A DNA stretch of 47,044 nucleotides from a virus (Duplodnaviria > Caudoviricetes), in the IMG/VR virus record IMGVR_UViG_3300017903_002920, positions 1 to 47,044 of that record; one strand, written 5' to 3'. Shown in pieces: positions 8,975-17,931 of the stretch. How positions within the stretch are numbered: position 1 is the first letter of the stretch; each line of letters begins with the position of its first letter. Below the pieces are notes generated by a model. That model saw only the letters and a list, made by a program, of their open reading frames with translations, was not told the origin of the DNA and searched no databases. The position numbers and the translations under genes are program-made.

Positions 8975-9472
8975 TTAGTGATTTGGAGAACTCATGAAGA
9001 AGTCATTGAGATAATCCTCAGTGAAGAACTGCATGAGATATGCCACACCAAAGTCTAACGAACCTGGAGGAAAAACGTCAACGTTTTCTTCAAGAATCTT
9101 CTTAGCATCCAGAAGTCTTTGCATACCACATACTTGTGCTGTGGCCTTTGAGATTTCCATAAACTCCTCAAAGTCTTCATCATTATTATTTTTTACACCA
9201 CTGACATAAAGTTCTCTAGCTCTACGAAGAAGTTCCTCTGTCTTTGGTTTGAAGGTAATGGTTTCATCCTTAAGTGGGATTTGCATTTTCTTCATGCAGG
9301 ACATACTGAACTTCATTGTCGCCCTAGTGACTTCAACAGGATATGCATCCTCAGTTTTGTCACGGAATGAATGTTGAATGATCCCATTCGTGCATTCCAT
9401 AACTCTGAGGACAGCAACCTTATTCAGTTCACCATCAGTAAGTTCATTGAACTTTTCTTTCCAGTCTGTCAT
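8975..9472 (-). CDS. Hypothetical protein (helical)
   Basis: 165-aa ORF with an ATGA overlap to the g45 stop; no motif recognised. Confidence 0.75.
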   Translation of the reverse strand: MTDWKEKFNELTDGELNKVAVLRVMECTNGIIQHSFRDKTEDAYPVEVTRATMKFSMSCMKKMQIPLKDETITFKPKTEELLRRARELYVSGVKNNNDEDFEEFMEISKATAQVCGMQRLLDAKKILEENVDVFPPGSLDFGVAYLMQFFTEDYLNDFFMSSPNH

Positions 9473-10137
9473 GATCCAAAGGTAGAGTCAGGTTCAAGTG
9501 CAATCCAATACTTGACTTCAACATTTTGATTACTGAAACAAGAAAGGAGTTTCTCGGAAACTACAACATCGTAGTTACCAGGAATGATCTTCAGATTCTC
9601 TTCCTTGAAGTTAAAGACGAACTCAAGATCAGTTTCACCAACAATAATTTCATAATCGTTTGATGTATCATTCTTCTTATCACGTGCAACCAGTTTTACA
9701 ACACCAGCTTCACCAATGACAGAAATATCTGGAAGTTGAAATACAGATGCAGCCTTTTTGAGTTTTTCCAGTTGTTGACTTGTCAATTGGAAACAAACAT
9801 CTTCAGTTGGAAGAGTAATATCCTTTTCTGGAGGAGCAACAATCACAGAAGGATCTGCGAAGAAATACTTTGAACGTGAACGACCTTCTTTAATTACAAC
9901 ATACTGTTCATTTTCAAAATCAAGATCTGGTGAAGAGTGAAGTGAAAGACCGTTCAAGAATTGATTCAGATCATAGATACCAAAGTCTTTGGGAAACTCT
10001 TCGGCAACATTGGCCTCAACCAGAATGTTTTTCATAACCGAAATACTTCGGAGTTTCTGACCTTCTTTGAACAGAATGGATTGATTGATAGAAGAGAAGT
10101 TCTTCAGGAGAGATACAGTGGATTCAGACAGTTTCAT
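9469..10137 (-). CDS. g45: Sliding clamp
   Basis: MKLSESTVSLLKNFSSINQSI, FGIYDLNQFL and YWIALE motifs. Confidence 0.97.
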   Translation of the reverse strand: MKLSESTVSLLKNFSSINQSILFKEGQKLRSISVMKNILVEANVAEEFPKDFGIYDLNQFLNGLSLHSSPDLDFENEQYVVIKEGRSRSKYFFADPSVIVAPPEKDITLPTEDVCFQLTSQQLEKLKKAASVFQLPDISVIGEAGVVKLVARDKKNDTSNDYEIIVGETDLEFVFNFKEENLKIIPGNYDVVVSEKLLSCFSNQNVEVKYWIALEPDSTFGS

Positions 10138-10140
10138 AAT

Positions 10141-10590
10141 TTAGAAAGTTTCGTAATTACCTTTTGGTTGCTTGTTAATACCAGAGAAATGATATAGGAG
10201 AATACAATAGTGAATTGCTTTCAGAATGTCAAGTTTGGACTTGCCATTTTTCTTACCAAATCTTGAGAGATACTTGATAGCATTTGATCGACAGAATGCT
10301 TCTGCGTCACCAATACTATCAATCAGATCAAGTGTCTGTGTTTTACCTTGTTCACCTGAATAATGTGCACTATATGTACCACTCAAATAATCTCGGACCT
10401 CTTTGAGAATTACATCCTCCTCATATTTCCAAAAACCATTCTTGTTATCAATATTAAGATCAATAGTATCGGGTTCTACATTACTCAAAATCACATCTCC
10501 ATCATTTTCGGGGGTATATTCATAACCCCCATTTTCTTTTACCCATTCAGTATCACTCATATAATCGTATAGAAGGGACCACGCATTCAT
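10141..10590 (-). CDS. DUF3310 / T7 gp1.7-like putative nucleotide kinase
   Basis: HY...QTLDLI...FCRSNAIKYLSRFGKKNG...DILKAIHY. The ORF-track N-terminus overlaps cobS, so the start is ATG 10590 or 10560. Confidence 0.75.
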   Translation of the reverse strand: MNAWSLLYDYMSDTEWVKENGGYEYTPENDGDVILSNVEPDTIDLNIDNKNGFWKYEEDVILKEVRDYLSGTYSAHYSGEQGKTQTLDLIDSIGDAEAFCRSNAIKYLSRFGKKNGKSKLDILKAIHYCILLYHFSGINKQPKGNYETF

Positions 10591-10617
10591 TATATCAGAC
10601 TTCCTCCTTTTTGTCAA
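10589..10617 (-). promoter_or_regulatory. Consensus sigma70 promoter inside the cobS 3' end
   Basis: TTGACA (10617-10612), 17 bp ending in TGA, TATAAT (10594-10589): a perfect -35 plus extended -10. Confidence 0.85.
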
Positions 10618-11656
10618 CGATCTCAAAATCAGCGTCAACCTTGTCGTAAAGTTCAAGGAATGCAGTCTTAGTCTCATCATCAAACCTTGCAGTACAAACA
10701 TCAATTGCCTTTGACTTGTTACCAAAGATTTTAAATGCATTCACGATGTGAACTAGACGACGAGTAGAAATTACCTCATCAATACCACCATCGTAGAAAG
10801 TTTTACGAATAATGTCTGCCCAGTCAACAAGATGACTTACAAACTTATCATCATCACAAAGACGTGAGAGAATTTTTGCTTCAGTTGAAGGAGTGGGATA
10901 ACTCTGCTCAAAGGTCACACAGAATCTTTCGAGGAAAGCTTCATTGAGAACGTTAGTTCCAATAAAGCGACCGTCATCACTGCCTTTACCCTTAGTATTT
11001 GCAGTTGCAATAACATTGAACCCCTCCCTAGGTGTTACATATTTACCAATCTTCTTCAGGAAGACACCCTTGCCTTCAAGAATCGACTGTAGACAAAGAA
11101 TCTTATTTGATGCAAGGTCAACTTCATCTAGAAGGAGAATAGCTCCCCGTTCCAGAGCCTCGATGACAGGACCATTATGCCAAACAGTCTCACCATTAAC
11201 AAGACGAAAACCGCCAATAAGATCATCTTCATCAGTCTCGATGGTGATGTTGACACGAATCAACTCCCTCTTGAGTTGAGAACAAGCTTGTTCAACCAGA
11301 AACGTTTTACCGTTACCAGAGAGACCTGTAATGAACGCAGGATAGAATAGATTGGACTTAATGATCTTTTTAATATCAGTGAAGTTACCAAAGCTGACGA
11401 AGTTATCATCTTTCTGTGGGATAAGATCTTGTTCGATGGAAGGAATTACAGCGGGTGCTTGATAAGTTTGTTCCAGTTTCTCAGTGACAGTCAGATTCCA
11501 CTTCCCACGACCAACTTTGTACTCATCGAGTCTTTTGGTAACAGTCTGATAGTTAGAACCATTCATCGCACACCAAGCTTTGATGTCGGCAGTGGTAATA
11601 CTATCTCCGTAAAGACCCTGTAGTGAAGAAACAACGAATTCAGTAGAAAGTGTCAT
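10595..11656 (-). CDS. cobS: CobS/MoxR-like AAA+ ATPase
   Basis: GLSGNGKT, LLLDEVD, TANTKGKGS, NEAFLERF and ISTRRL motifs. Start placed at MTLSTEF. Confidence 0.92.
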   Translation of the reverse strand: MTLSTEFVVSSLQGLYGDSITTADIKAWCAMNGSNYQTVTKRLDEYKVGRGKWNLTVTEKLEQTYQAPAVIPSIEQDLIPQKDDNFVSFGNFTDIKKIIKSNLFYPAFITGLSGNGKTFLVEQACSQLKRELIRVNITIETDEDDLIGGFRLVNGETVWHNGPVIEALERGAILLLDEVDLASNKILCLQSILEGKGVFLKKIGKYVTPREGFNVIATANTKGKGSDDGRFIGTNVLNEAFLERFCVTFEQSYPTPSTEAKILSRLCDDDKFVSHLVDWADIIRKTFYDGGIDEVISTRRLVHIVNAFKIFGNKSKAIDVCTARFDDETKTAFLELYDKVDADFEIVDKKEEV

Positions 11657-11681
11657 GATGTGGTGTGTGTTCAACAAAGCT

Positions 11682-11737
11682 ATAATAGGACAAAACCACC
11701 CCTGTGGTGGGATGGTTGTGACAGTTCTAGGATTGGC
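11682..11737 (-). promoter_or_regulatory. Motif-type early promoter of cobS
   Basis: GCCAAT-cctag-AACTGTCACA, 29 bp, then TATTAT; no -35. Confidence 0.65.
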
Positions 11738-13864
11738 TCAACTGATGATGTCTACAAATTGACTCAATACCTTTTTATTTAGTGACTTAGAGTTAAGATT
11801 CTTAACAAATGCTGCTTTGATCTTACTCTTAGATGCACCTTCCTCAACGTCAAAGTCAGTTTGATTATCAAGAGCGGTAGAAAGGATACCAAAATAAGAA
11901 GTATATCCACTGGTCTTGATTGCTACAGACTTCTCTTTTCTCATCTTCTTGTATGATTCTTCAGTCAGATTCTTATTATACTTACGGATAAAGGACTTGA
12001 AGTCTCCAGGTGCACTAATACGAATTCCAATAGTATTAACATCTGGATGTACCTGTTTCAGATCATTCAAAAGAAGTTCAGTGAATTTGTAGTACTCATA
12101 CTCAATTTTATAAGTATGTCCGGTCTTACGATTACGAATATAGTCACCGGTATAAGTACGATTGGCCCCAACATTCTCTTTACCATTGTATTCATAATTC
12201 TTATAGTAAGGTAGAGCATTTGATTCACCATCCGTAAGGATGACAACATTCACTTTTTGTACTGCATACTTCTTCTTGAATTGTGGAATAATTTCATGAA
12301 GACAAATGATGGTTTCATTCAAAGGTGTTCCTGACAAGTTGTAACCATTAGGAGTGGAGTATTCCACCCACGTACACAAACTCGCAACAAGACGCCACAC
12401 AGACTTCATGTGACTATCCAGATCTCTTCTACTTACATCACTACTGAAAAAGTGAAGAAGATTGAAATCAGGAGGAACAATGAAATCGTATTCTTTGACT
12501 TCCTGAATGGTGCTTTCTTTATATGATTCTCTTCCTTCCTGAATATAATTGTTGGTGAATGCATAGACATCAAATGGGATGTTTACCTTACTGCAGAACC
12601 AGATGAGATTATACAATTGTTTGATAGTCTCTGTCAGACAATTAGACATTGATCCAGACCAATCAAGAATAAAGATCAGACCATGATTCTTACCATTAGG
12701 AATCACATTCACCTTCTTGAACAGATCCTCATTGTACTTGTAAGTATGAAGTTTGGTGCAGTCAAGAGTTCCAGTCTTTGAAGTGAAAGAACGAGAATAT
12801 GCATCTGCAGATTTTTTACATTCAAACTCCTTAACAAGATAGTTTACTTCTTTGTTAGAAGACTTCTTGAATTTTGTAAACTCACCATCTGGACCAGAGA
12901 AATCCTTTGGAGGAGAGACTCTATTTTCTTTACGATATGCACAATAATATTCTTTAGGTGTAGAACAATCAGCCCAATACTCCTCTAACTCTTTATGAAT
13001 TCTTTTGTTAGAAATAATAACTTTGTCAGTATCAATTTTTGGAATCTCAAGATAGTTGGTACCACGACCACTTTCAAGATTCCCATTGAATTCTGCAGTA
13101 CCTTCCTCAAACATAGAGTCAGTCTGAACTTTAGGTTCTTCATTAGTAGAAGTAGATGATTTATCTCTTTCACCTTCACTTGTACCTCCACTTTGAGATT
13201 CTTCAATAGAATTAGAAGTCTCTTCAGTCTCTACAGATTCCTGACTCTCTTCAGTATCTTCTTCTGAAGATTGAGTATTACCGTTAGGATTTGGAAGAGA
13301 AATGTTTTCAATCTTTTCATTCCTTTCTCCCTTACAATACTTGTAAAGTACTTCTGCAACCATTACTGCATCAGCAAAGGTTTCAGTTTCAGACATCATA
13401 GTCAGAATTTCTTTCTCTTCGGAAGTGAAAGGAATATCAATAAAGTTACCAATCTTGAAGTACAGATTTGCACGATCGGCAAGATTCATTTCATCAATAT
13501 TTGTTTCTTGCAAATCAAAGAAGTCTTTATCAGAAAGTTCCTGATAACCTTTGTAGAAACTTTTAGAAAGACCTGGATATCTACGTTTCATCAGTTTCTC
13601 AATACGTGCATCTTCTACCACGTTGACAAACTGTTTAGGCACACGATCTTCCCAACTCCAGTCATTAGGTGTGAACAATGCGTGTCCTACCTCATGTCCA
13701 ACCAACATATCATAAACAACATTGGATGCTCTCTTCCACATCGGAAGCGTCAGAATTCTTTTCTCTACATCAAACTGAGCAGTCTCCACATTACGATTCT
13801 CAACCACCATATTTTCTGTGGCAAGAAGTTTTGCAAGGTGAGATTTGATTTCGTAATTGATCAT
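11738..13864 (-). CDS. CobT-like protein: N-terminal HEXXH metallopeptidase-like domain, acidic linker, VWA domain
   Basis: HEVGH...NVVEDARIE; MIDAS elements DWSGS, GTPL and LTDGE. Start placed at MINYEIK (13864). Partner of the adjacent AAA ATPase. Confidence 0.88.
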   Translation of the reverse strand: MINYEIKSHLAKLLATENMVVENRNVETAQFDVEKRILTLPMWKRASNVVYDMLVGHEVGHALFTPNDWSWEDRVPKQFVNVVEDARIEKLMKRRYPGLSKSFYKGYQELSDKDFFDLQETNIDEMNLADRANLYFKIGNFIDIPFTSEEKEILTMMSETETFADAVMVAEVLYKYCKGERNEKIENISLPNPNGNTQSSEEDTEESQESVETEETSNSIEESQSGGTSEGERDKSSTSTNEEPKVQTDSMFEEGTAEFNGNLESGRGTNYLEIPKIDTDKVIISNKRIHKELEEYWADCSTPKEYYCAYRKENRVSPPKDFSGPDGEFTKFKKSSNKEVNYLVKEFECKKSADAYSRSFTSKTGTLDCTKLHTYKYNEDLFKKVNVIPNGKNHGLIFILDWSGSMSNCLTETIKQLYNLIWFCSKVNIPFDVYAFTNNYIQEGRESYKESTIQEVKEYDFIVPPDFNLLHFFSSDVSRRDLDSHMKSVWRLVASLCTWVEYSTPNGYNLSGTPLNETIICLHEIIPQFKKKYAVQKVNVVILTDGESNALPYYKNYEYNGKENVGANRTYTGDYIRNRKTGHTYKIEYEYYKFTELLLNDLKQVHPDVNTIGIRISAPGDFKSFIRKYNKNLTEESYKKMRKEKSVAIKTSGYTSYFGILSTALDNQTDFDVEEGASKSKIKAAFVKNLNSKSLNKKVLSQFVDIIS

Positions 13865-13885
13865 GGTGTTTGTCTCAATGAAGCT

Positions 13886-13943
13886 ATCGTACACGACCTT
13901 GAGACCTATGGGGAGTGAGATGAGACACTTTATATATTGGCAC
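13886..13943 (-). promoter_or_regulatory. Motif-type early promoter of the VWA/peptidase gene
   Basis: GTGCCAAT-atata-AAGTGTCTCA, 29 bp, then TACGAT; same spacing as the cobS promoter. Confidence 0.65.
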
Positions 13944-13952
13944 ATACACCAA

Positions 13953-13976
13953 TCCCCAGGTTTTTAGGCCTGGGGA
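13953..13976 (-). terminator. GC-rich hairpin after g46
   Basis: TCCCCAGG-N8-CCTGGGGA just past the g46 stop; the U-tract is weak. Confidence 0.55.
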
Positions 13977-13985
13977 CTAATGCAA

Positions 13986-15695
13986 CTACACCTTTCTTGA
14001 GAAACCTTTATGTTTTTCAAACTTAACTACATTTTCAAATCTATCTTCCATACCGGTCTTATGGCTGATAACAAATATATTTGCGTCTTTGATAATGTAT
14101 CGAATAATTTTGAGAAACTCGTCAGTTCCAAAACCATCCAGTGAACTATCAAAAACCTCATCCATAATCAATAGATTCGTATTCACTGAGTTCTTGACTC
14201 TTGCAATTTCTCTCCATGTGAATAGAAGTGCAAGATCAATTCTCATCTTTTCACCTTCACTAAAAGATGAATAAGAAAAGTCTTCATGTATGGGAGATTC
14301 AACAGTCTCATTGAATTCATTATCCAAAGTAAAATTGATGTAGAAGTCCATCAACTGAAGATACTTATTAACTTGTTGATTGATAAGTGGTAAGTACTTA
14401 TTGATAATCTTTGCCTTCACTCCACCATCTTTTAGAAGACTGTAGATGAAATCGTAATAGGAAATTTTATCTTTACTTTTTACTAGATCATCATAAGTCT
14501 TATTCAGATTATCTCGTAATTCTTCTAACTTCTGATGCTCAATATTTCTGTTCTCGACCTGACTGGTAATAGTTTGAATTTCAGATTCAAGTCCTCTGAT
14601 CTGTTTCTGGTAACCAGTGATCTGTACATTGAAAGAAGAAATGTCATTAAGTGTTTTAGAAATTTGACTGGATAATGATTTGAATTGTGTTTCCCTCAAT
14701 TCCTCATTTTTAATAGCCGATTGTAGTTTTTCAAAACCCTCTCGGAGCTCTTCTGCTTTATTTTGGGAAACACTAATTCTATTTACCCTAAAAGACTCCT
14801 CAATATTCTGATCACAGGTGGGACAAACCGTATTATCACTAAAAAACTTATGTTCTTTTACGAGAGTTTGTATTCTTTGAGACAATTTACCTTTGATACT
14901 TCCATACTCTCTCAATCTTTCTTGAGCATTTTCAAATTCTGTGAGTTGTTCTTTAAGTTTAGAAAGAATATCTTCCTTTTCCATACTCTCAGCAAAACAC
15001 TTCTCCACCTCTTCGTTGAGAGAATCTATCTTTTGATTTTTCGAATCAACATCTTCCTTACTTTGACTTTCAATCTTATCGATAAAGTTTTTCTGCATAT
15101 CAACTTTATCCATCAAACTCTCTTTCTTCAGATCTAAAGTCTTGACTTCTTCACGAATACTTCTAATCTTCCCCTTAATCACATCATTCATCGAAGAGAA
15201 GATCTTAATATCCAATAGATCCTCTACAACTTCTCTTCGTGAGGATACTGGAAGCTGCATGAAAGGAACAAAGGTTGATGATCCTAGAATTACAATTTGT
15301 GTGAAGGATTTATAATTCATCTTCAGAACATTTTGTTCTAACCACTTCTGTTGGTCATTGGCAGAATGTGATTGGTTAAGTTCTTCACCATTACGATAAA
15401 TCTTGAAAATGTTTGGTTTGATTCCACGTTTAATCTTCCACTCAGTAGAATTCAAATCAAATTCAATTTCTACGAGTGTATCTTTATCATTTGTAGAATT
15501 AATGAGTTGTGTTTTATTAATCTTACGAAATGACTTACCATACAAAACAAAGGTAAGAGCATCCAAGATGGTTGACTTACCTGCACCATTAGAACCAATG
15601 ATGAGTGTTGTTTGGTTTTGATCAAGATTAACTGTTGTTGGATGTTGACCAGTAGATAAAAAATTAGACCAGGTAATCTTCTTAAAGTTAATCAT
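13986..15695 (-). CDS. g46: Recombination endonuclease ATPase subunit (Rad50/SbcC-like)
   Basis: GSNGAGKST, CPTC zinc hook, FSEGEK signature and MDEVFD. Confidence 0.97.
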   Translation of the reverse strand: MINFKKITWSNFLSTGQHPTTVNLDQNQTTLIIGSNGAGKSTILDALTFVLYGKSFRKINKTQLINSTNDKDTLVEIEFDLNSTEWKIKRGIKPNIFKIYRNGEELNQSHSANDQQKWLEQNVLKMNYKSFTQIVILGSSTFVPFMQLPVSSRREVVEDLLDIKIFSSMNDVIKGKIRSIREEVKTLDLKKESLMDKVDMQKNFIDKIESQSKEDVDSKNQKIDSLNEEVEKCFAESMEKEDILSKLKEQLTEFENAQERLREYGSIKGKLSQRIQTLVKEHKFFSDNTVCPTCDQNIEESFRVNRISVSQNKAEELREGFEKLQSAIKNEELRETQFKSLSSQISKTLNDISSFNVQITGYQKQIRGLESEIQTITSQVENRNIEHQKLEELRDNLNKTYDDLVKSKDKISYYDFIYSLLKDGGVKAKIINKYLPLINQQVNKYLQLMDFYINFTLDNEFNETVESPIHEDFSYSSFSEGEKMRIDLALLFTWREIARVKNSVNTNLLIMDEVFDSSLDGFGTDEFLKIIRYIIKDANIFVISHKTGMEDRFENVVKFEKHKGFSRKV

Positions 15696-15954
15696 ATTGT
15701 TCGTCAGGTGGAATCACAATGTCATCAGAGGTAATTACAGTATACCTGTGATCATGCATTTCACAAGTTTTAATTATTATCTCGTCTTCTACTTCTAACA
15801 CATTCATCTCAGGATAGTCAAGTTCTTCAAGTTGCATGGAGTATCGTTCTGCATCATCCTCTTCTGTAAAAATATAAAGAACTTGTTCTCCATCTTCATC
15901 AACTACAGAATATGCACCTTCCTTTTCTTTACCAGCAACTGTAATAATAAACAC
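15688..15954 (-). CDS. Small acidic protein (DUF3110-like)
   Basis: EGAYSV...VLYIFTEEDDAERY...IPP; GTG start overlapping the g47 stop. Confidence 0.75.
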   Translation of the reverse strand: MFIITVAGKEKEGAYSVVDEDGEQVLYIFTEEDDAERYSMQLEELDYPEMNVLEVEDEIIIKTCEMHDHRYTVITSDDIVIPPDEQYD

Positions 15955-16994
15955 TAGACCACCTCACACGCCTCTTGGTATATCTCTTTGATAAGAGACT
16001 GAATTACTGTCTTATTTAACTCAATTTCAGACTCCTCAATATATCGATTCAAAATAGACATAGTGTCTTCAGATTCTTCAGTATCAAAATCCTCAGGTTC
16101 AACAAGTTGAAAATTTTCAACAATCTTTAAATCTGCAACACCTATTGTATAAAGTTTGTCAATGAACTTTTCGAACTTATTGGTATCAGTTTTCTTTCTT
16201 ACAATTACTTTGACAATCTTATCTTGATATTCAGTGGCATTGAATGTCTGATAGTTTGTATCTTCGTAATAAATGTTATAGAAGAGTCTGTGGGGGTTAT
16301 CTACATACCTATGTTCCAGGGTCTCTGTATCAAAAATAGTGAAACCTCTGGGCTCTTTGACATCACTCCAGAACATTTCATAGGGATTACCGAGATAATA
16401 AACGGTCCCATTGTCGGATCGAGTGTGATAGTGTCCCGAAAAGACTTTCTCGAACTTATTAAAGGCTCTGCTGTCATGACCGTGGTCCATGATGACTTGG
16501 TTGTTAACTCTGAAACCATTGAGTTCGAGATGTCCCATCGCGACAGGACATTTTGTTTTACTGATGATGTTGTTTGTTTCCTTTTCGTTTTGTTCGTTGA
16601 TCCAAGGAATGAATAGAATGGGGAGACCACCCAAAGAAACTTCTGTAGGAGAAGAATAAACCTCAACATTATCATATTCTTTTAGGAGTAGATCAACAGC
16701 ATTGATTTCATTAGTATTCTTGTAGTATGCATCATGATTACCAACCATCAAATGCATCTTGATGTTCCTCTTCTTAAGAGGATCAAAGACAACTCTCTTT
16801 GCCCACTTCAGGGACTTGAATTCAATGCCCTTACGACTATCAAATGCATCACCCATATGAATTACAATGTCAATTCCCATCTTATCCAAAGTGGGAAAGA
16901 ATACATCTTCGTAGAATTTCTCAAAGTAATCATGAAAGAGTTTAGAACCCTTACGTGCACCATAGTGAGTGTCTGTGATAATTGCTATCTTCAT
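15954..16994 (-). CDS. g47: Recombination endonuclease nuclease subunit (Mre11/SbcD-like)
   Basis: DTHYG, GDAFD, GNHD and SGHYH metallophosphoesterase motifs. Confidence 0.97.
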   Translation of the reverse strand: MKIAIITDTHYGARKGSKLFHDYFEKFYEDVFFPTLDKMGIDIVIHMGDAFDSRKGIEFKSLKWAKRVVFDPLKKRNIKMHLMVGNHDAYYKNTNEINAVDLLLKEYDNVEVYSSPTEVSLGGLPILFIPWINEQNEKETNNIISKTKCPVAMGHLELNGFRVNNQVIMDHGHDSRAFNKFEKVFSGHYHTRSDNGTVYYLGNPYEMFWSDVKEPRGFTIFDTETLEHRYVDNPHRLFYNIYYEDTNYQTFNATEYQDKIVKVIVRKKTDTNKFEKFIDKLYTIGVADLKIVENFQLVEPEDFDTEESEDTMSILNRYIEESEIELNKTVIQSLIKEIYQEACEVV

Positions 16995-17344
16995 TTCTTT
17001 GGTGTGTGAGGATGTTTGGGTTTGAATTCTCCCTCAGGGAAAGGTTGTGATTTAGTCAGGTCTCTACGAGATTGATTTTTAATAATGATGAATGCATCTT
17101 TATTATACTTGCGAGTACCAATAGGTGACTGCCACTTCTTATTGTACTCTTCACCAACATCAATACCAGAGACAGATGTACCACCAATTTCTACAGTGAC
17201 ATCATCATAACAATCCCACCCAAGTTCAGAGATAAGATCAAGAAGTTTTTCCCTTACTCCTTGATTACAAACTGCAATCGCCTTTCTTTTGGAAATTAAA
17301 GAATTGTCCATAACAGATTCTTCTGGTTCAAGATTACCAAGCAT
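16991..17344 (-). CDS. Hypothetical protein
   Basis: Coupled on both sides (TAATG with g55, ATGA with g47). Confidence 0.75.
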   Translation of the reverse strand: MLGNLEPEESVMDNSLISKRKAIAVCNQGVREKLLDLISELGWDCYDDVTVEIGGTSVSGIDVGEEYNKKWQSPIGTRKYNKDAFIIIKNQSRRDLTKSQPFPEGEFKPKHPHTPKK

Positions 17345-17823
17345 TAGTTACCTCTCAGTTTTTGATGGACTGCATCTTTGATACTGTTATAGTCAGAATA
17401 GTTTCCACTGTCAAGTTCATTGGCATCAAAGACTTCATCAAAGTCAGTTCTCTCAAGAATTTTATTTTTGATTTCAAGTTGTTTTTTCTCTTGAGAAATT
17501 CTCCTCAAGAATGCATAGTAGATAATCTGAGTAAAGTATGCAAATGGGTTCTTTGATTTCTCTGGATTGAAGTTATGAATATATCTCACACAGTTTTCAA
17601 TACCATCACAAATCATATCATCCTTGAACATGTAGTTCACAAAGTTAGGTTTGTATGATAGATGATTTGCAATCTTCAAAAAACATTCACCAATATACCT
17701 AGGAATCTGTGGTTTTGGTTGATCATTCAGTTTTGCTTTCTCAACCTTGGCAAAGTAGTTCTCAAGAGCATTCAGAAACTCTTTGTTATTTACATAGTGT
17801 TCTGCATTTTTAGGTTTGGGCAT
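17344..17823 (-). CDS. g55: Late transcription sigma factor
   Basis: HYVNNKEF, YIGECFLKIA, DMICDGIEN and NPFAYFTQI motifs. Confidence 0.97.
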   Translation of the reverse strand: MPKPKNAEHYVNNKEFLNALENYFAKVEKAKLNDQPKPQIPRYIGECFLKIANHLSYKPNFVNYMFKDDMICDGIENCVRYIHNFNPEKSKNPFAYFTQIIYYAFLRRISQEKKQLEIKNKILERTDFDEVFDANELDSGNYSDYNSIKDAVHQKLRGN

Positions 17824-17844
17824 AATGTTCTTTTTGTTGTCTTT

Positions 17845-17873
17845 ATTATACCACTGTTACCAAGTGTTGACAA
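17845..17873 (-). promoter_or_regulatory. Sigma70 promoter of g55
   Basis: TTGTCA (17873-17868), 17 bp ending in TGG, TATAAT (17850-17845). Confidence 0.8.
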
Positions 17874-17895
17874 GGTATCAAATGTTGTGTAGAAT
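17867..17895 (+). promoter_or_regulatory. Divergent (antisense) sigma70 promoter
   Basis: TTGACA (17867-17872), 17 bp, TAGAAT (17890-17895); no plus-strand gene downstream. Confidence 0.65.
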
Positions 17896-17931
17896 GGGCT
17901 TGTCCCGGAAGATAAGGATACTTTAAGTTCT

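Noticed and set aside
10591-10740. ORF-track N-terminal extension of the DUF3310-like gene
   Set aside because: It overlaps cobS out of frame; the promoter and SD point to a start at 10590 or 10560.
13271-13918. 215-aa plus-strand ORF, and the other antisense ORFs within core genes
   Set aside because: They are fully opposite well-supported genes, mostly with non-ATG starts and no recognisable domains.
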